Of a stretch of 64,000 nt of DNA, positions 46,031 through 57,041 are shown one piece after another. Source of the stretch: an uncultured Planctomycetaceae bacterium (GTDB lineage: Bacteria; Planctomycetota; Planctomycetia; Pirellulales; Thermoguttaceae); NCBI GenBank assembly GCA_963789525.1, contig CAWBLA010000009.1, forward strand, positions 332,999 to 396,998, written 5' to 3'. Position 1 is the first letter of the stretch; every line of letters begins with the position of its first letter. The notes beneath the pieces were generated by a model that worked only from the letters and a program-made list of their open reading frames with translations, searched no databases and was not told where the DNA came from. The translations under genes and the position numbers were made by a program.

Positions 46031-49000
46031 TCATGCCTTGCTGCCTCGGACCGACGCAAGGTGTTGGCGGAGAAACGTCTTCAAATCGCCCCGGGCCAGG
46101 TCGTCGGTGCTGCGAAACTGGAGCCGGATGACATCGCGGTCGGGACGCTGGCCGTTGATCTCCGGGGTGTGGCCCAGCCCGGTGATCTGTCCCAAGGCGA
46201 AATGCCCTTTCGGGCCGGCCAAGTGCAGGTAGACGGCATCGGGCTTCTTCGTCTGCACGGCCGCCCAGGGCTCGTGCTGATCGGGCAAATGGACCGGCAC
46301 CACTTGCTTGTTGTTCCATAGGAACTGCCCTTGCGGCGCCGTCTCGGCCAGCAGTTCCATGAGATCCTCCAAAACCTCTACGTCCCAGTTGATCTTCTTG
46401 CCGAGCGAAAAACCACGGCGGGCAAAATGCCACGTCCGTCCAAGTTGCTTCCAGGGCTGGAGAATGTCCGACCGCTCCTGCAGCTTCTCGCGAAACCTGG
46501 CGAAGCCGGCCACGGCACGATCGACGAACTCCCAAAACTCGTTGCGGTTGACCTCTTCGTAGCTGTGCACCCGCAACTCGACCTCTTGCCACGGGCCGCG
46601 GAGGTTCTTGCATCGTACGCGAGGCTCGGTCCCGTACAGCGGCAGCTCGGGCACGTCGTTCAGTGGTCTCAACTGCAATTTGTCGACTAGCTCGTCGCGC
46701 TGGAACGTATTCCGCGCCGTGCGAAACTTCATCTTCAACAGCCACTCCTCACCCGTGATGGCGTGGAAGAACCAACCGTCCGACTTCTTAGCGGCTCGAA
46801 TTTCCACGACGCTTCGCGAGTTCCAATCGGTTTCGGCAAACAAGTTCGGGCCGGAGCGGTTGCGGCCTTGCCCGCTCGATGAAATAGTTCCGACCCCTTT
46901 TTCGATGCGGTCGACTACGTCGAGGAGGATGCGGCCGTCCCAGCGACAGGGATTGCCGGTCCGGCCGACGCGGTCGACCGTGTGCCAGCGCCGACCGTCG
47001 GCCTCCCACGGCATGCGAGCATTGTGGCCGACCTCGGCAATGTCGCGATCGCCGAGCCGGGCAGCCGCCTCGGCAGCGAAATCGAACGGTTTGCGCTCGA
47101 CCAGCGGCCCGGCGGCCAGTATCGGCGCCAGGGCTCTGGCGGTGTGGGACGTCAACGCCGCAGCACCCGGCACAAGTGCCGGGGCTAAACGACGCGGCGT
47201 TTTGCCGTGATTCCGTCCCCCGCCCCCCGTCTCCAATTTCTCGACTATCTCCTCCGGCGTGCCTGTGGCCACGACATAGCCGCCCTCGTCCCCGGCCTCG
47301 GGGCCCAGATCAATCACCCAGTCGGCGGTCTTGATCACGTCAAGATTGTGTTCGATCACTACGACGGTATTGCCGAGATCGACCAAGCGGTTGAGCACGT
47401 CGAGCAGCTTGGCCAGGTCGTCGAAGTGCAGCCCTGTGGTCGGCTCGTCCAGCACGTAGAGCGTCTGTCCCGTGTCGGGTCGGGCGAGTTCAGCGGCCAG
47501 CTTCACGCGCTGCGCCTCGCCGCCAGAAAGCGTCGGCGCCGGCTGGCCGAGCGTCAAGTAGTCAAGGCCGACATCGCAGAGCATTTCCAACGGCCGCCGG
47601 ATCTTTGGGATGTTCTCGAACAGCCGCACTGCCTGGGCACAGGACATGTCGAGGACATCGGCGATCGAGCGGCCGTGGTAACAGACCGCCAATGTTTCGG
47701 GATTGTAGCGGCGGCCGTGGCACGTGTCGCACTCGACCCACACGTCGGGCAAAAAGTGCATCTCGATGCAAAGCTGCCCGTTGCCCTCGCACTTTTCGCA
47801 GCGCCCGCCCGGCACGTTGAAGCTGAACCGCCGCGGCGTATAGCCGCGGAGCTTGGACTCGGGGAGCTGCGCGTAGAGCGAGCGTATCAGGTCGAACACC
47901 CCGGTAAACGTGGCCGGGTTCGACGTGGGCGTCTGTCCGAGCGGTTGTTGATCGACGCGGATCACCTTGTTGACTCGTTCGACGCCGCGAATCGCGTCGT
48001 GGGCGCCGGGAAAGGTTTTCGCGCGGTGGAGCGTTCGGGCCAGCGAGGCGAACAGCACGTCCTCGACCAGTGAGCTCTTGCCGCTGCCGCTGACGCCGGT
48101 GACGACGGTCAGCGTGCCTAGCGGAATGCGCACGTTGATATTCTTCAGGTTGTGGTGCCGGGCGCCGACGATCTCCAGCCAGCCTGTGGGAAGAGGGGAG
48201 GGGAGAGAGGAGAGAGGAGGGGGACCAGCCGCTCTTGTTCTTCGCCCCCTCTGCTTTCCCCTTTCTCCGCTCTCCCCCTTCTGCACTTCTTTCCTGGCCG
48301 CTGCATCCGCCGGTTGGTCGGCACGGGAATCGCCTTTTTGCCGGAGAGATACGGCCCGGTGACCGAACCGCGGCGCTTGGCGACTTGTGCCGGGCGCCTT
48401 GAGCCACGATCTGTCCGCCGCCAGAGCCGGCCGCGGGACCAAAGTCGAGCAGTTGATCGGCGTTGGCCACCACCTCACGATCGTGCTCGACGACCAGCAG
48501 TGTATTGCCCAGGTCGCGGAGCTTTCCAAGCGCCTGCAACAGCCGGCCATTGTCGCGTGGGTGCAGACCAATGGTGGGCTCGTCGAGCACGTAGAGCACT
48601 CCGCATAGGCCGCTACCGACTTGGGCCGCCAGTCGAATCCGCTGCATCTCGCCGCCGGACAGCGACGGCGCGGGCCGCGCGAGCGTGAGATACTCCAGCC
48701 CGACGTCAACGAGAAATTGCAGCCGGTTGCGAATTTCGCGCACGATCTCGCCGGCGATTTTTCGTTCGGAGGTCGATGGCCGCCAATTGCGAAAATCGTC
48801 CACGAGCCGACCGAGCGGCAAGCGGCAAAGCTCGTCGATCGTTCGCGGGCGCCCATGCCAAGGCGAACGGCCGCCGCGTCGTCGCGCAGCCGACTACCAC
48901 CACAAACAGAACACTCAACCTCGTCGACCAGGTGTTCGAGCTTCGTGCGGAAGCCCGGCGTAAGCCGGCTGGCTTCCTCCAAGGCAGGATAAAGTCCCTT

Positions 49001-50169
49001 GTACTGGAAACGGAACGAGGCCGAATGCGTCCCGTCCCCCGCCCCCGCCCCCCGTTCCCTCCCACATCGAACCATTGCTCGCCGGCGCCGTGGAAGATCA
49101 CGCGGCGATACCGACCGCTCAGTTGGTCGAAGGGCACGTCGATTGGCACGCCGGCGCCGCGCGAAAGAGCTTCAAGCATCGGTGCAAAAAGGCGACCGCC
49201 CGCGCTGGGCCACAGCGCGATGGCGCCCTCGGAGAGCGTGCGCTTCGGATCGCGCAACAGCGCGGCCGGATTCGTACCGGTTTGGATGCCGAGCCCTTCG
49301 CAGGCCGGGCACCATCCCAAGGCGCTATTGAACGAGAAATTGTGCGGCGAAAGCGGCTCGAAGCTCCGCCCGCAACGGTCGCAAACGAAGTGCTGGCTGT
49401 GCGTCTCGACGGGCCATTGCGGCTCAGGCATGTCGTCGCGCGGGTACACGGCCCTGAGCACTCCGCGGCCCAGCGCCAGCGCGTTCTCCACGCTGCCGGC
49501 GACGCGCGACCGGGAATCGCCGCGAATCGCCACGCGATCGATCACCACGTCGACGTCGTGCTTGCGGCGCCGGTCGATTTCTGGCGGCGCATCGACGGAA
49601 TACGTCCGCCCGTCGACCCGAATGCGCACGTAGCCGGACGCCCGGGTTTCGGCCCACAGGGTCTCATAGCGCTCGCCAACGCGGATTTCCAGCGGCGCCG
49701 TGAGAAACAGCTTGGTGCCGGCCGGATGGGCCATGATCTTCGCAATGATTTCATCGGCCGACTGGCTGCCGATACGCACGTCGCACGCCGGGCAATACGG
49801 CTGGCCGAGGCGCGACATGAGAATCCGCAGATAGTCGTAGATCTCCGTCACGGTGCCGACGGTGCTTCGCGGCGTGTGGCCCGAGTGCTTCTGCTCGATC
49901 GCCACGGCCGGCGACAAGCCCTCGATATGACCGACCTTCGGCTTCTGCATCTGGCCGACGAACTGCCGGGCGTAGGCGCTTAGGCTTTCGACGTACCGCC
50001 GCTGCCCTTCGGCATAGATCGTGTCCACAGCCAGCGATGTCTTGCCCGAGCCGCTGGGCCCGCAGCAGACGGTGAGTTGGTCGCGGGGAATGTCGACGTC
50101 GATCCCCTTGAGGTTGTGCTGTCGAGCCCCGCGAACCTTGATGAAGCGGGTGCGCGGAGTGCGGGACGG
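46031..50169 (-). CDS. UvrA paralog 2: both ATP-binding cassette (ABC) modules with both zinc fingers, a disordered linker insertion, and a ~350-aa C-terminal extension of unknown function
   Basis: ABC module 1 ([17 protein letters not shown]...[34 protein letters not shown]...CPACDV...CDRCGRSF...CPACEGLG...[14 protein letters not shown]...[14 protein letters not shown]) and ABC module 2 ([12 protein letters not shown]...[11 protein letters not shown]...CEKCEGNG...[10 protein letters not shown]...[15 protein letters not shown]...[14 protein letters not shown]) lie in different frames. The extension ...[29 protein letters not shown]...[18 protein letters not shown]...-stop is in-frame and non-repetitive. 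No stop or start codon separates it from uvrA-1 upstream. Confidence 0.7.
48186..48300. repeat. Low-complexity purine tract followed by a pyrimidine tract (mirror-like) inside the uvrA-2 inter-module linker
   Basis: gaagaggggaggggagagaggagagaggaggggga ... ccccctctgctttcccctttctccgctctcccccttctgcacttctttcc. On the coding strand this encodes an E/K/G/A-rich then an S/P/L-rich segment (...[27 protein letters not shown]...). Confidence 0.7.
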
Positions 50170-53100
50170 GAGGCTGGTTGCTTCAGCGGCGGCCGCACCG
50201 TGTTGGTGCGTTTCATGCGACCCGTCCGCGCGGAGCACTTTGCGCAGCACATCGCCGGTGTGCGATACGAATGGACGAGCGTTGGCTGCCGAGGCACCCG
50301 GCACGAGTGCCGGGGCTAAACGAGTCTTTCGGGGTTTCGGGATTTGGGGATTTGGGGATTTGATTTCGAGATTCGGGACTGACGCTTTGTGCCCATCCTG
50401 CTTCCCATTCCCCTTCCCACGCCCTTCATCCCCCGCCCCTCGTCCCCTGACAATCTCCTCCGGCGTGCCGGCGGCAACGACGTATCCGCCTGCCTCGCCA
50501 CCCTCGGGCCCCAGGTCGATAATCCAGTCGGCCGTTTTGACGACCTCGGTGTTGTGCTCGACAACCAGCACCGTGTTGCCGGCGTCGACAAAGGCGTGCA
50601 GTACCTTGAGCAGGAGTTGGATGTCGGCAAAGTGCAGGCCGGTGGTCGGCTCATCCAAGACGTAGAGCGTTCGTCCCGTGCTCTTCTTGACCAGCTCGCG
50701 TGCCAGTTTGACCCGCTGGGCCTCGCCGCCGGAAAGCGTGGGCGAGGGCTGGCCGAGCTTCATGTAGTCGAGCCCCACGTCGTGCAGCGTCTTCAGCTTA
50801 TGATGGATGGCCGGGATGTTCTCGAAGTGCCGCAGCGCCTCCTGGATGTCCATTTCCAACACGTCGGCGATCGACTTGCCCTTGTAGCGGATTTGCAGCG
50901 TCTCGCGATTGAAGCGGCGGCCCTCGCACACCGGGCAGGTCACCCAAACGTCAGCCAGGAAGTCCATCTCCAGCTTGTTCGAGCCGTTGCCCTCGCAGGC
51001 TTCGCAACGGCCGCCGCCGACGTTGAAGCTGAACCGGCCCGGCTTGTAGCCCCGCGCTTTTGCATCGGGCAACAGCGTGTAAAGACGGCGAATCTCATCG
51101 AACACCTTGATGTACGTCGCCGGATTCGAACGGGGCGTGCGGCCGATCGGCGACTGGTCGATGGCGATCATCTTGTCGAGATGCTCGAGGCCGTCGATCC
51201 GCTCGTGTGCGCCGGGATTGCCGATGCCGCCGTTGAGATCGCGCCGCAGCGCCTCGACCAGGATGTCGCTGGCCAACGAACTCTTGCCCGAACCCGAAAC
51301 GCCGGTAACGCAGACGAATACACCGAGTGGAATCTCGACGTCGACATTTTTGAGGTTGTTGTGCGTGGCGCCGCGGACGACGAGTCGGGCGTCGCCGACC
51401 GGCCGCCGCCGGGCGGGAATTTCAATCCGCCGTTGGCCTGAAAGGTATTGCCCGGTGAGGCTCTTGGGCTCGGCCATCAGCCGGTCGACGGGGCCGCTCG
51501 CTACGACGTGCCCGCCGCGGACGCCGGGGCCGGGACCAAAATCGACGATGTGGTCGGCGGCCCGCATCGTATCCTCGTCGTGTTCGACCACGACGACCGT
51601 GTTGCCCTGGTCGCGAAGCCGGGCGAGCGTCGCCAGCAGGCGGTCGTTGTCGCGCGGATGCAGTCCGATCGACGGTTCATCGAGGATGTACAGCACGCCC
51701 ACCAATCCGCAGCCGATCTGGCCGGCCAACCGGATGCGCTGCATCTCGCCGCCGGAAAGCGTTGGCGCCGTCCGGTCGAGCGTGAGATATTCCAGCCCGA
51801 CGTTCTTGAGAAATCCGAGCCGCCCGCGAATCTCCTTGAGCACGTCGTCGGCGATCTTCTCGCCGGTGGCGTCAAGCGCCAGGGCACAAAAGAACTCTGC
51901 GGCTTCGGATACCGCCAAGGCGCAGACCTCGGGCAGCGTGTGCTCGGGTCGGTCGCTGAAGCGGGGCGCAAGGCTCGTCACTGTCACGGCCCGGGCCTGT
52001 GGGTTCAGCCGGGCGCCGTGGCAGCGGCCGCAATCGAGAATCCGCATGTACTTCTCAAGCTGGCGGCGCTGGAGCCGGCTCTTCGTGGTGCGGTATTGCG
52101 AAAGCAGCTTGGGGATGATGCCTTCGTACTTGCCGCCCCACTTGTAGCCCGACGGACCGCTGCGCCATGTGAACGTAATATGCGAGTCGCCTGTCCCCCA
52201 GAGCAGGGCCTGCTGGAGCCGAGGATCGAGCTCTTCCCACGCCGTTTCCAAAACGGTGCCGCCGGGCAAGCCGTGCTCGCGTTCGAGCATTGCCGCGACG
52301 CCGCGGTAAATGTGCCGCCGCCATCGCCCCATGTCGCGCCACGTGCCGACCAATCGAACGCAGCCCTGTTGAAACGACCGGCTTGGATCAGGTACTAACC
52401 GCTCCGGATCGAACGTGTAGATCGCGCCCAGGCCGTCGCATTCGGGACACATCCCTTGCGGGCTGTTGAAGCTGAACAACTGGGGGCTGGGCGGCTCAAA
52501 GCTCAGGTTGCAGTGAGTGCAGGCATAGTGGGCCGAGAGAGAGAGTGAGGGTTCGAGGGACGAGGGGTCGGGGGCGGGTGCCTCGCTACCGCTCTCATGC
52601 CCGTCGTCTTCCTCGCCTTCCATGGCTGCGACAAGATTGCCTTCGCCGAGCCGCAACGCCAACTCCACGGCTTCGGCCAGACGCGGACGGATCTTGGGAC
52701 CGACCACTAACCGGTCGACAACGACCTCGATGGCGTGCCGCATCTGGCGGTCCAGCCGCAGGTTGTCGCTAAGCCGGACCACGCGACCATCGACCCGCGC
52801 GCGGGCGAAGCCCTGTTTGAGCAGATCGTCAAACAGGTCGCGATACTCGCCCTTCTGCCCGCGGACCAGTGGCGCCAAGACCGAAAATCGTGTCCCGGCC
52901 GGCAGCGCCAAAATCTGCTCAATAATCTGTTCGCGCGTCTGCGCGGTGATCGGGCGGCCGCATTGCGGGCAGTGCCCCTTGCCGACCCGCGCGAACAACA
53001 CCCGCAAGTAATCGTAAATCTCGGTGATCGTGCCGACGGTGGAGCGCGGGCTTTGCCCTCCCGACTTCTGCGAGATCGAGATAGCCGGATTCAGCCCGCT

Positions 53101-53334
53101 GATGAGATCGACGTCGGGCTTGGGCATCTGGCCGAGAAACTGCCGGGCGAAGCTGGAGAGGCTCTGCACATAGCGGCGCTGTCCCTCGGCGTAAAGCGTG
53201 TCGAAGGCCAGCGAGCTCTTGCCCGACCCGCTCACGCCCGTAAAACAGATCAGGCGATTCCGCGGCAGCACCAAATCGACATCGCGAAGGTTATGTTCCC
53301 GCGCACCGCGAATCAGAATGTCGGAAGCAGGCAT
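50170..53334 (-). CDS. uvrA: Excinuclease ABC subunit A (class I)
   Basis: MPASDILIRGAREHNLRDVDL...[23 protein letters not shown]..., both zinc fingers, UvrB-binding and insertion domains, two LSGGE signatures, C-terminus ...GTPEEIV...SHTGDVLRKVL. Intact. The 3' boundary is set at the start of the second UvrA module because no stop codon intervenes. Confidence 0.85.
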
Positions 53335-53670
53335 GAGCGGGCGGGGTGTGAAGTACGTGGACGGATCAAAACACGTAATTGTATCAGATTGCGGCGAGTG
53401 ACGGCGGGGGCGGTTCGTTCCATGCGAATGCACCATGCGGGGCGGATCGAACGTAGCGAGCCGCGTCAATTGGGTCTTTCGAAGCAGCTTCTCAGTGTCG
53501 AATAGCCGTCATTCTTTACGCATACCTCCCAGTTGTCCGTATCCCGGAAAACCTGGGCGTTAGAGTTAATGCCACCGGAAAAATCGGACGATCCGTTAGA
53601 AGCGTGACTATCGTTACAGGTAGCAAAGTCGCTCCATGCGGCACGCTTGATGTTTCTTTAGGGGGGAATC

Positions 53671-55086
53671 ATGAACAGTACAAGTGTGGGGGTACGCGCA
53701 CTCGGTACTCTGGTTTTCGTCGCCGGCATCTTGTTTGGGGCCGGCGAATCTCAGGCCGCCAACGGTCCAGGAAAACTCTTACCGACACCCGCTCCGAGTG
53801 GCAAGGTCACGGTCCGACACTCGAAGGCCGAACCTGTGCCTACGCCGGAGGCTGAGGAGCCGACCGGGACGGTCATTGAGGCCCCCCCATCCGACGTCGA
53901 TGAAGGGCCCTACGCCTATGACGACACAGAGTGCGGGGACTTCAGCGGCCTGTGCAGTCCTCCGGGGCGGTTCTGGCTGCGGGGCGAGTACCTCAGTTGG
54001 TGGACCAATGGCCAGACGATTCCGCCGCTGGTAACGACCAGTCCGCAGGGGACTTCCCGCTCGGCGGCCGGCGTCTTGCCCGCTGCCACGGTCCTCTATG
54101 GCCTTGACACGGTCAACACCGATGGCCATTCGGGCTTTCGCAGCACGCTTGGCTTCTGGCTCGACGCCTGTCACGTCTGGGGAGTGGAGTTTGACTACTT
54201 CAATATCGGCGAGCGAGACAACGGCTTCGCCCAAACTTCAACCGGCAATCCGATCCTCGCCCGGCCGTTTTTCAACGTCGAAACCAATCAGCAGGCCAGC
54301 GAATTGACGGCCTATCCGGGCATCGCTGAAGGAACGCTCTCGGTCGAAGCCCGCGACTACTTCCATTCGGGCGGTATCACGCTCACCTACGGACTCTGTT
54401 CGTGCGATTCGTGCTGTGATTCGTGCGGTGATCCATGCGGCGATGCCTGCGACACCAGTTGCTGCCCGGCATTGTTCTGCTGCCGGACCGACCTGTTGGT
54501 CGGCTTCCGTTACTACAACCTCAGTGATCGGGTGGGCATTCACGAGTTCGTTCGGGACATCAATCCCCAGAGCGTCTCGCTGGGTTCCACGTTCGACATC
54601 CTCGACAGCTTCTCCGCGAAGAACGACTTCTACGGGGCGGACATCGGCTTGCGAACCCAGATCTTCCGCGGCCGGTTCTCTCTGGATCTGCTTACCAGGG
54701 TGGCGATCGGCAACAATCACGAGACCATCGTGATCAACGGCCAGACGATGATTGCCGCGCCCAGCCAGCCGACGCAGACGTACGGCTCAGGAATCCTGGC
54801 CGGGCCAACCAACACCGGCACGTTCCAGCGCAACGTATTCACCATGATCCCGCAGTTGGGCCTCGAACTTGGCTACCAGGTGAACTGCCATTGGCGGGCA
54901 TTTGTGGGCTACGACGTGATCTACTGGGGCTGCGTGGCGCGATCCGGTGACCAGATTGACCTGAACCTCGATCCGCGCAACTTCCCGCCGGCCACCGAGG
55001 GCGGCCTGCCCTTCCCGGCCTTCAGCGGTCGGTCCGCGTGCTTCTGGGCGCAAGGAGTCAACGTGGGCGGAGAGTTCCGTTTCTAA
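53671..55086 (+). CDS. BBP7-family (planctomycete) outer-membrane beta-barrel protein
   Basis: Signal peptide MNSTSVGVRALGTLVFVAGILFGAGESQA, FWLRGEYLSWW motif, Cys-rich loop CSCDSCCDSCGDPCGDACDTSCC, C-terminal GGEFRF. Intact 471 aa. Confidence 0.65.
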   Translation: MNSTSVGVRALGTLVFVAGILFGAGESQAANGPGKLLPTPAPSGKVTVRHSKAEPVPTPEAEEPTGTVIEAPPSDVDEGPYAYDDTECGDFSGLCSPPGRFWLRGEYLSWWTNGQTIPPLVTTSPQGTSRSAAGVLPAATVLYGLDTVNTDGHSGFRSTLGFWLDACHVWGVEFDYFNIGERDNGFAQTSTGNPILARPFFNVETNQQASELTAYPGIAEGTLSVEARDYFHSGGITLTYGLCSCDSCCDSCGDPCGDACDTSCCPALFCCRTDLLVGFRYYNLSDRVGIHEFVRDINPQSVSLGSTFDILDSFSAKNDFYGADIGLRTQIFRGRFSLDLLTRVAIGNNHETIVINGQTMIAAPSQPTQTYGSGILAGPTNTGTFQRNVFTMIPQLGLELGYQVNCHWRAFVGYDVIYWGCVARSGDQIDLNLDPRNFPPATEGGLPFPAFSGRSACFWAQGVNVGGEFRF

Positions 55087-55107
55087 GCATTTCGCTTCCC
55101 ACGAAAC

Positions 55108-55142
55108 CACAAAGGCACGACGGACGCATTTCGTCGTGCCTT
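55108..55142. terminator. Strong hairpin between convergent genes (13-bp perfect stem)
   Basis: CAAAGGCACGACG-gacgcattt-CGTCGTGCCTTTG. Lies between the BBP7 gene stop (55086) and the NUDIX gene stop (55220). Confidence 0.55.
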
Positions 55143-55219
55143 TGCGATTTCCTGGGGGGCGCGAAATTTTTCGAGCCGACCCGCAGAAGCACCGGATCCG
55201 ACATCTCGAGTACGTCGGG

Positions 55220-55753
55220 CTACGAGAGATGCTCGGCGAAGTACAGGCCGGCAAAAATCTTGGGATCGACCATGACGTCCTGGCATCGCTTGGCGTCAAG
55301 CCATGCCTCGACCTTGTCGAGTGGAACGTCGTGAACCTGGATATCCTCGGAGTCGTCGCCGCCGCCGGACGCAACGCGGCGGACGTTGCGCGCCAGCAGC
55401 AGTGCATACTGTTCGCTCGACAGCCCGGCTGAACTCGGCCCCTGGACCAACAACTTCAGTTCGCCGGCGGCGTAGCCGGTCTCTTCGAGCAGTTCGCGCT
55501 GCGCCGCTTCGGCCAGGTCCTCGTGTTCGTTTCCCGCAGTGTCGCCGACCAGTCCGGCCGGCAACTCGACGACCCGGCAACCCAACGGAACGCGGTATTG
55601 TTCCACCAGGACAAGCCGTCGGTCCTCGGTAATGGCAACCAGCACCACGGCCCCAAACGCACGGATCCGTTCGACCCATTCCCAACCGTCCTGGGCAACG
55701 AGTCGGGCAAATCGGCCTTCGACCAGCACCTTCCGTGGCATGGCGAGCTTCAT
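55220..55753 (-). CDS. NUDIX hydrolase (ADP-ribose pyrophosphatase-like)
   Basis: Nudix box GLVGDTAGNEHEDLAEAAQRELLEETGY (GX5EX7REUXEEXGU pattern). 177 aa, intact. Confidence 0.8.
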   Translation of the reverse strand: MKLAMPRKVLVEGRFARLVAQDGWEWVERIRAFGAVVLVAITEDRRLVLVEQYRVPLGCRVVELPAGLVGDTAGNEHEDLAEAAQRELLEETGYAAGELKLLVQGPSSAGLSSEQYALLLARNVRRVASGGGDDSEDIQVHDVPLDKVEAWLDAKRCQDVMVDPKIFAGLYFAEHLS

Positions 55754-55843
55754 GGTGGTAGAGAGTCGCGAGATAGAAGTTGGGTGGGTTGGACCGACGC
55801 GCCGCGAGTTGCGGATTACGATCGATGGCGCCGCTGCGTCCAG

Positions 55844-56600
55844 CTAGTCACGGCCGTGGCGCTTCCACATAACCAACGCCATCGCGGCCACGGCCAACAA
55901 CAATAGCGAACCTGGCTCGGGAACAGGTTGGACGGGTTGCGGAGGTTCAGACCCGAAAGGGGTGTTGAGCAACATTCGCTTGGAGATGGCAGCTACCGGA
56001 TACGCTGGTTCGATGAACGTGTAATTGATGCCCGAGTAGCCGTCCAGCAGCACGATGTTCGAGAACGTGTTGGTTGAGGCCGTGCCCTGGTTGGCCGCGA
56101 TGGCCTTTCCAGACTTGTCGTAGACCATGCCCAACATGTCTGTACCCGGTTGGCTTAAAGGTGTGAGCATGCTGATCGTGTACGTGCCGGCGGACAAGCC
56201 GGTGAAACTGAACGAGCCGTCCTTGCCTGACAAAACGATGATAGCCGGATCGCTGCTGCCGACCTTGGTCAGCGAAATTTCAGCCTCGGCAATACCCCAG
56301 TCGCACTCATCCGTGCTGCAATTCTGATTGGTATCACAGTAGATTATCCCCGAAAGCTTGCCGTGCCGCCACTGGCGAGAGACGAAGCGTAATGCGATAC
56401 CGCCGTCGAAGTGGTGGTTGCCTGCGCGGTTGCTGGATTCGCAACCATCGAGAACCCGCTCCATTGCCATGCATTGAAGCTGGCGGAGGACATGGGCTCG
56501 CCGAACAAAGGCGTAGCGGCAAGAAGAACACGCCAACGCAAAGCCCGAAAAATGGAACATGCCAACGGCATGCCGCGGTGGGTCGCCAGACTTGCAGTGA
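55844..56600 (-). CDS. PEP-CTERM protein with an SdrD-B / Cna-B-like domain
   Basis: GIIYCDTNQNCSTDECDWGIAEAEISLTKVGSSDPAIIVLSGKDGSFSFTGLSAGTYTI. C-terminus VPEPGSLLLLAVAAMALVMWKRHGRD. N-terminus and start uncertain (frameshift). Confidence 0.6.
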
Positions 56601-57041
56601 CACGGAACGCTGCCTCCATTTAACGAAGGGCCAACCAACGGTATACTCACCCCGACCCCTATAATAACAAGATCTTCCGAAACTGCAATAGTTTGCCCAA
56701 ATCATCTGCTTGAATTTGCTGACAAACGCCACAGATGTAATGCCGACCCAGCCAATAGAGTGGTTTGCGGCGTGGAGGTGGGCCAAAATCACCGAAAACG
56801 GACTCGGCACCTGGTCGACGTGGGGGCGCCTATGGGTTGCCAGGTCTTCGAAGCGGTCAAAATCCGCCCGAATCACCCGGGCGCCGCTCGTGTCATAGCC
56901 TGAACAAACCGGGCAGCGTGCCCCTCAGATGGGACTGTACGGATTCTTGTGTCACGAGGAGCAGTAGCGACGCGAACCGCGGCGACGGGGACAGTCCCAT
57001 TTTCACTGACACGAAAATCGGGACAGTCCCGTCGGATCGGC

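Noticed and set aside
45598-46059. 153-aa minus-strand ORF overlapping tRNA-Ala
   Set aside because: Its translation contains AQLGERLVCIQEVAGSIPVGST, the well-known peptide obtained by translating a tRNA gene. Spurious.
46031-49075. N-terminal ~300 residues of the 1014-aa ORF as a novel domain
   Set aside because: That part is an out-of-frame read-through overlapping the real uvrA-2 coding frames (48706..49290 and 47562..48821). Only the second ATP-binding cassette (ABC) module and the C-terminal extension are genuine in this frame.
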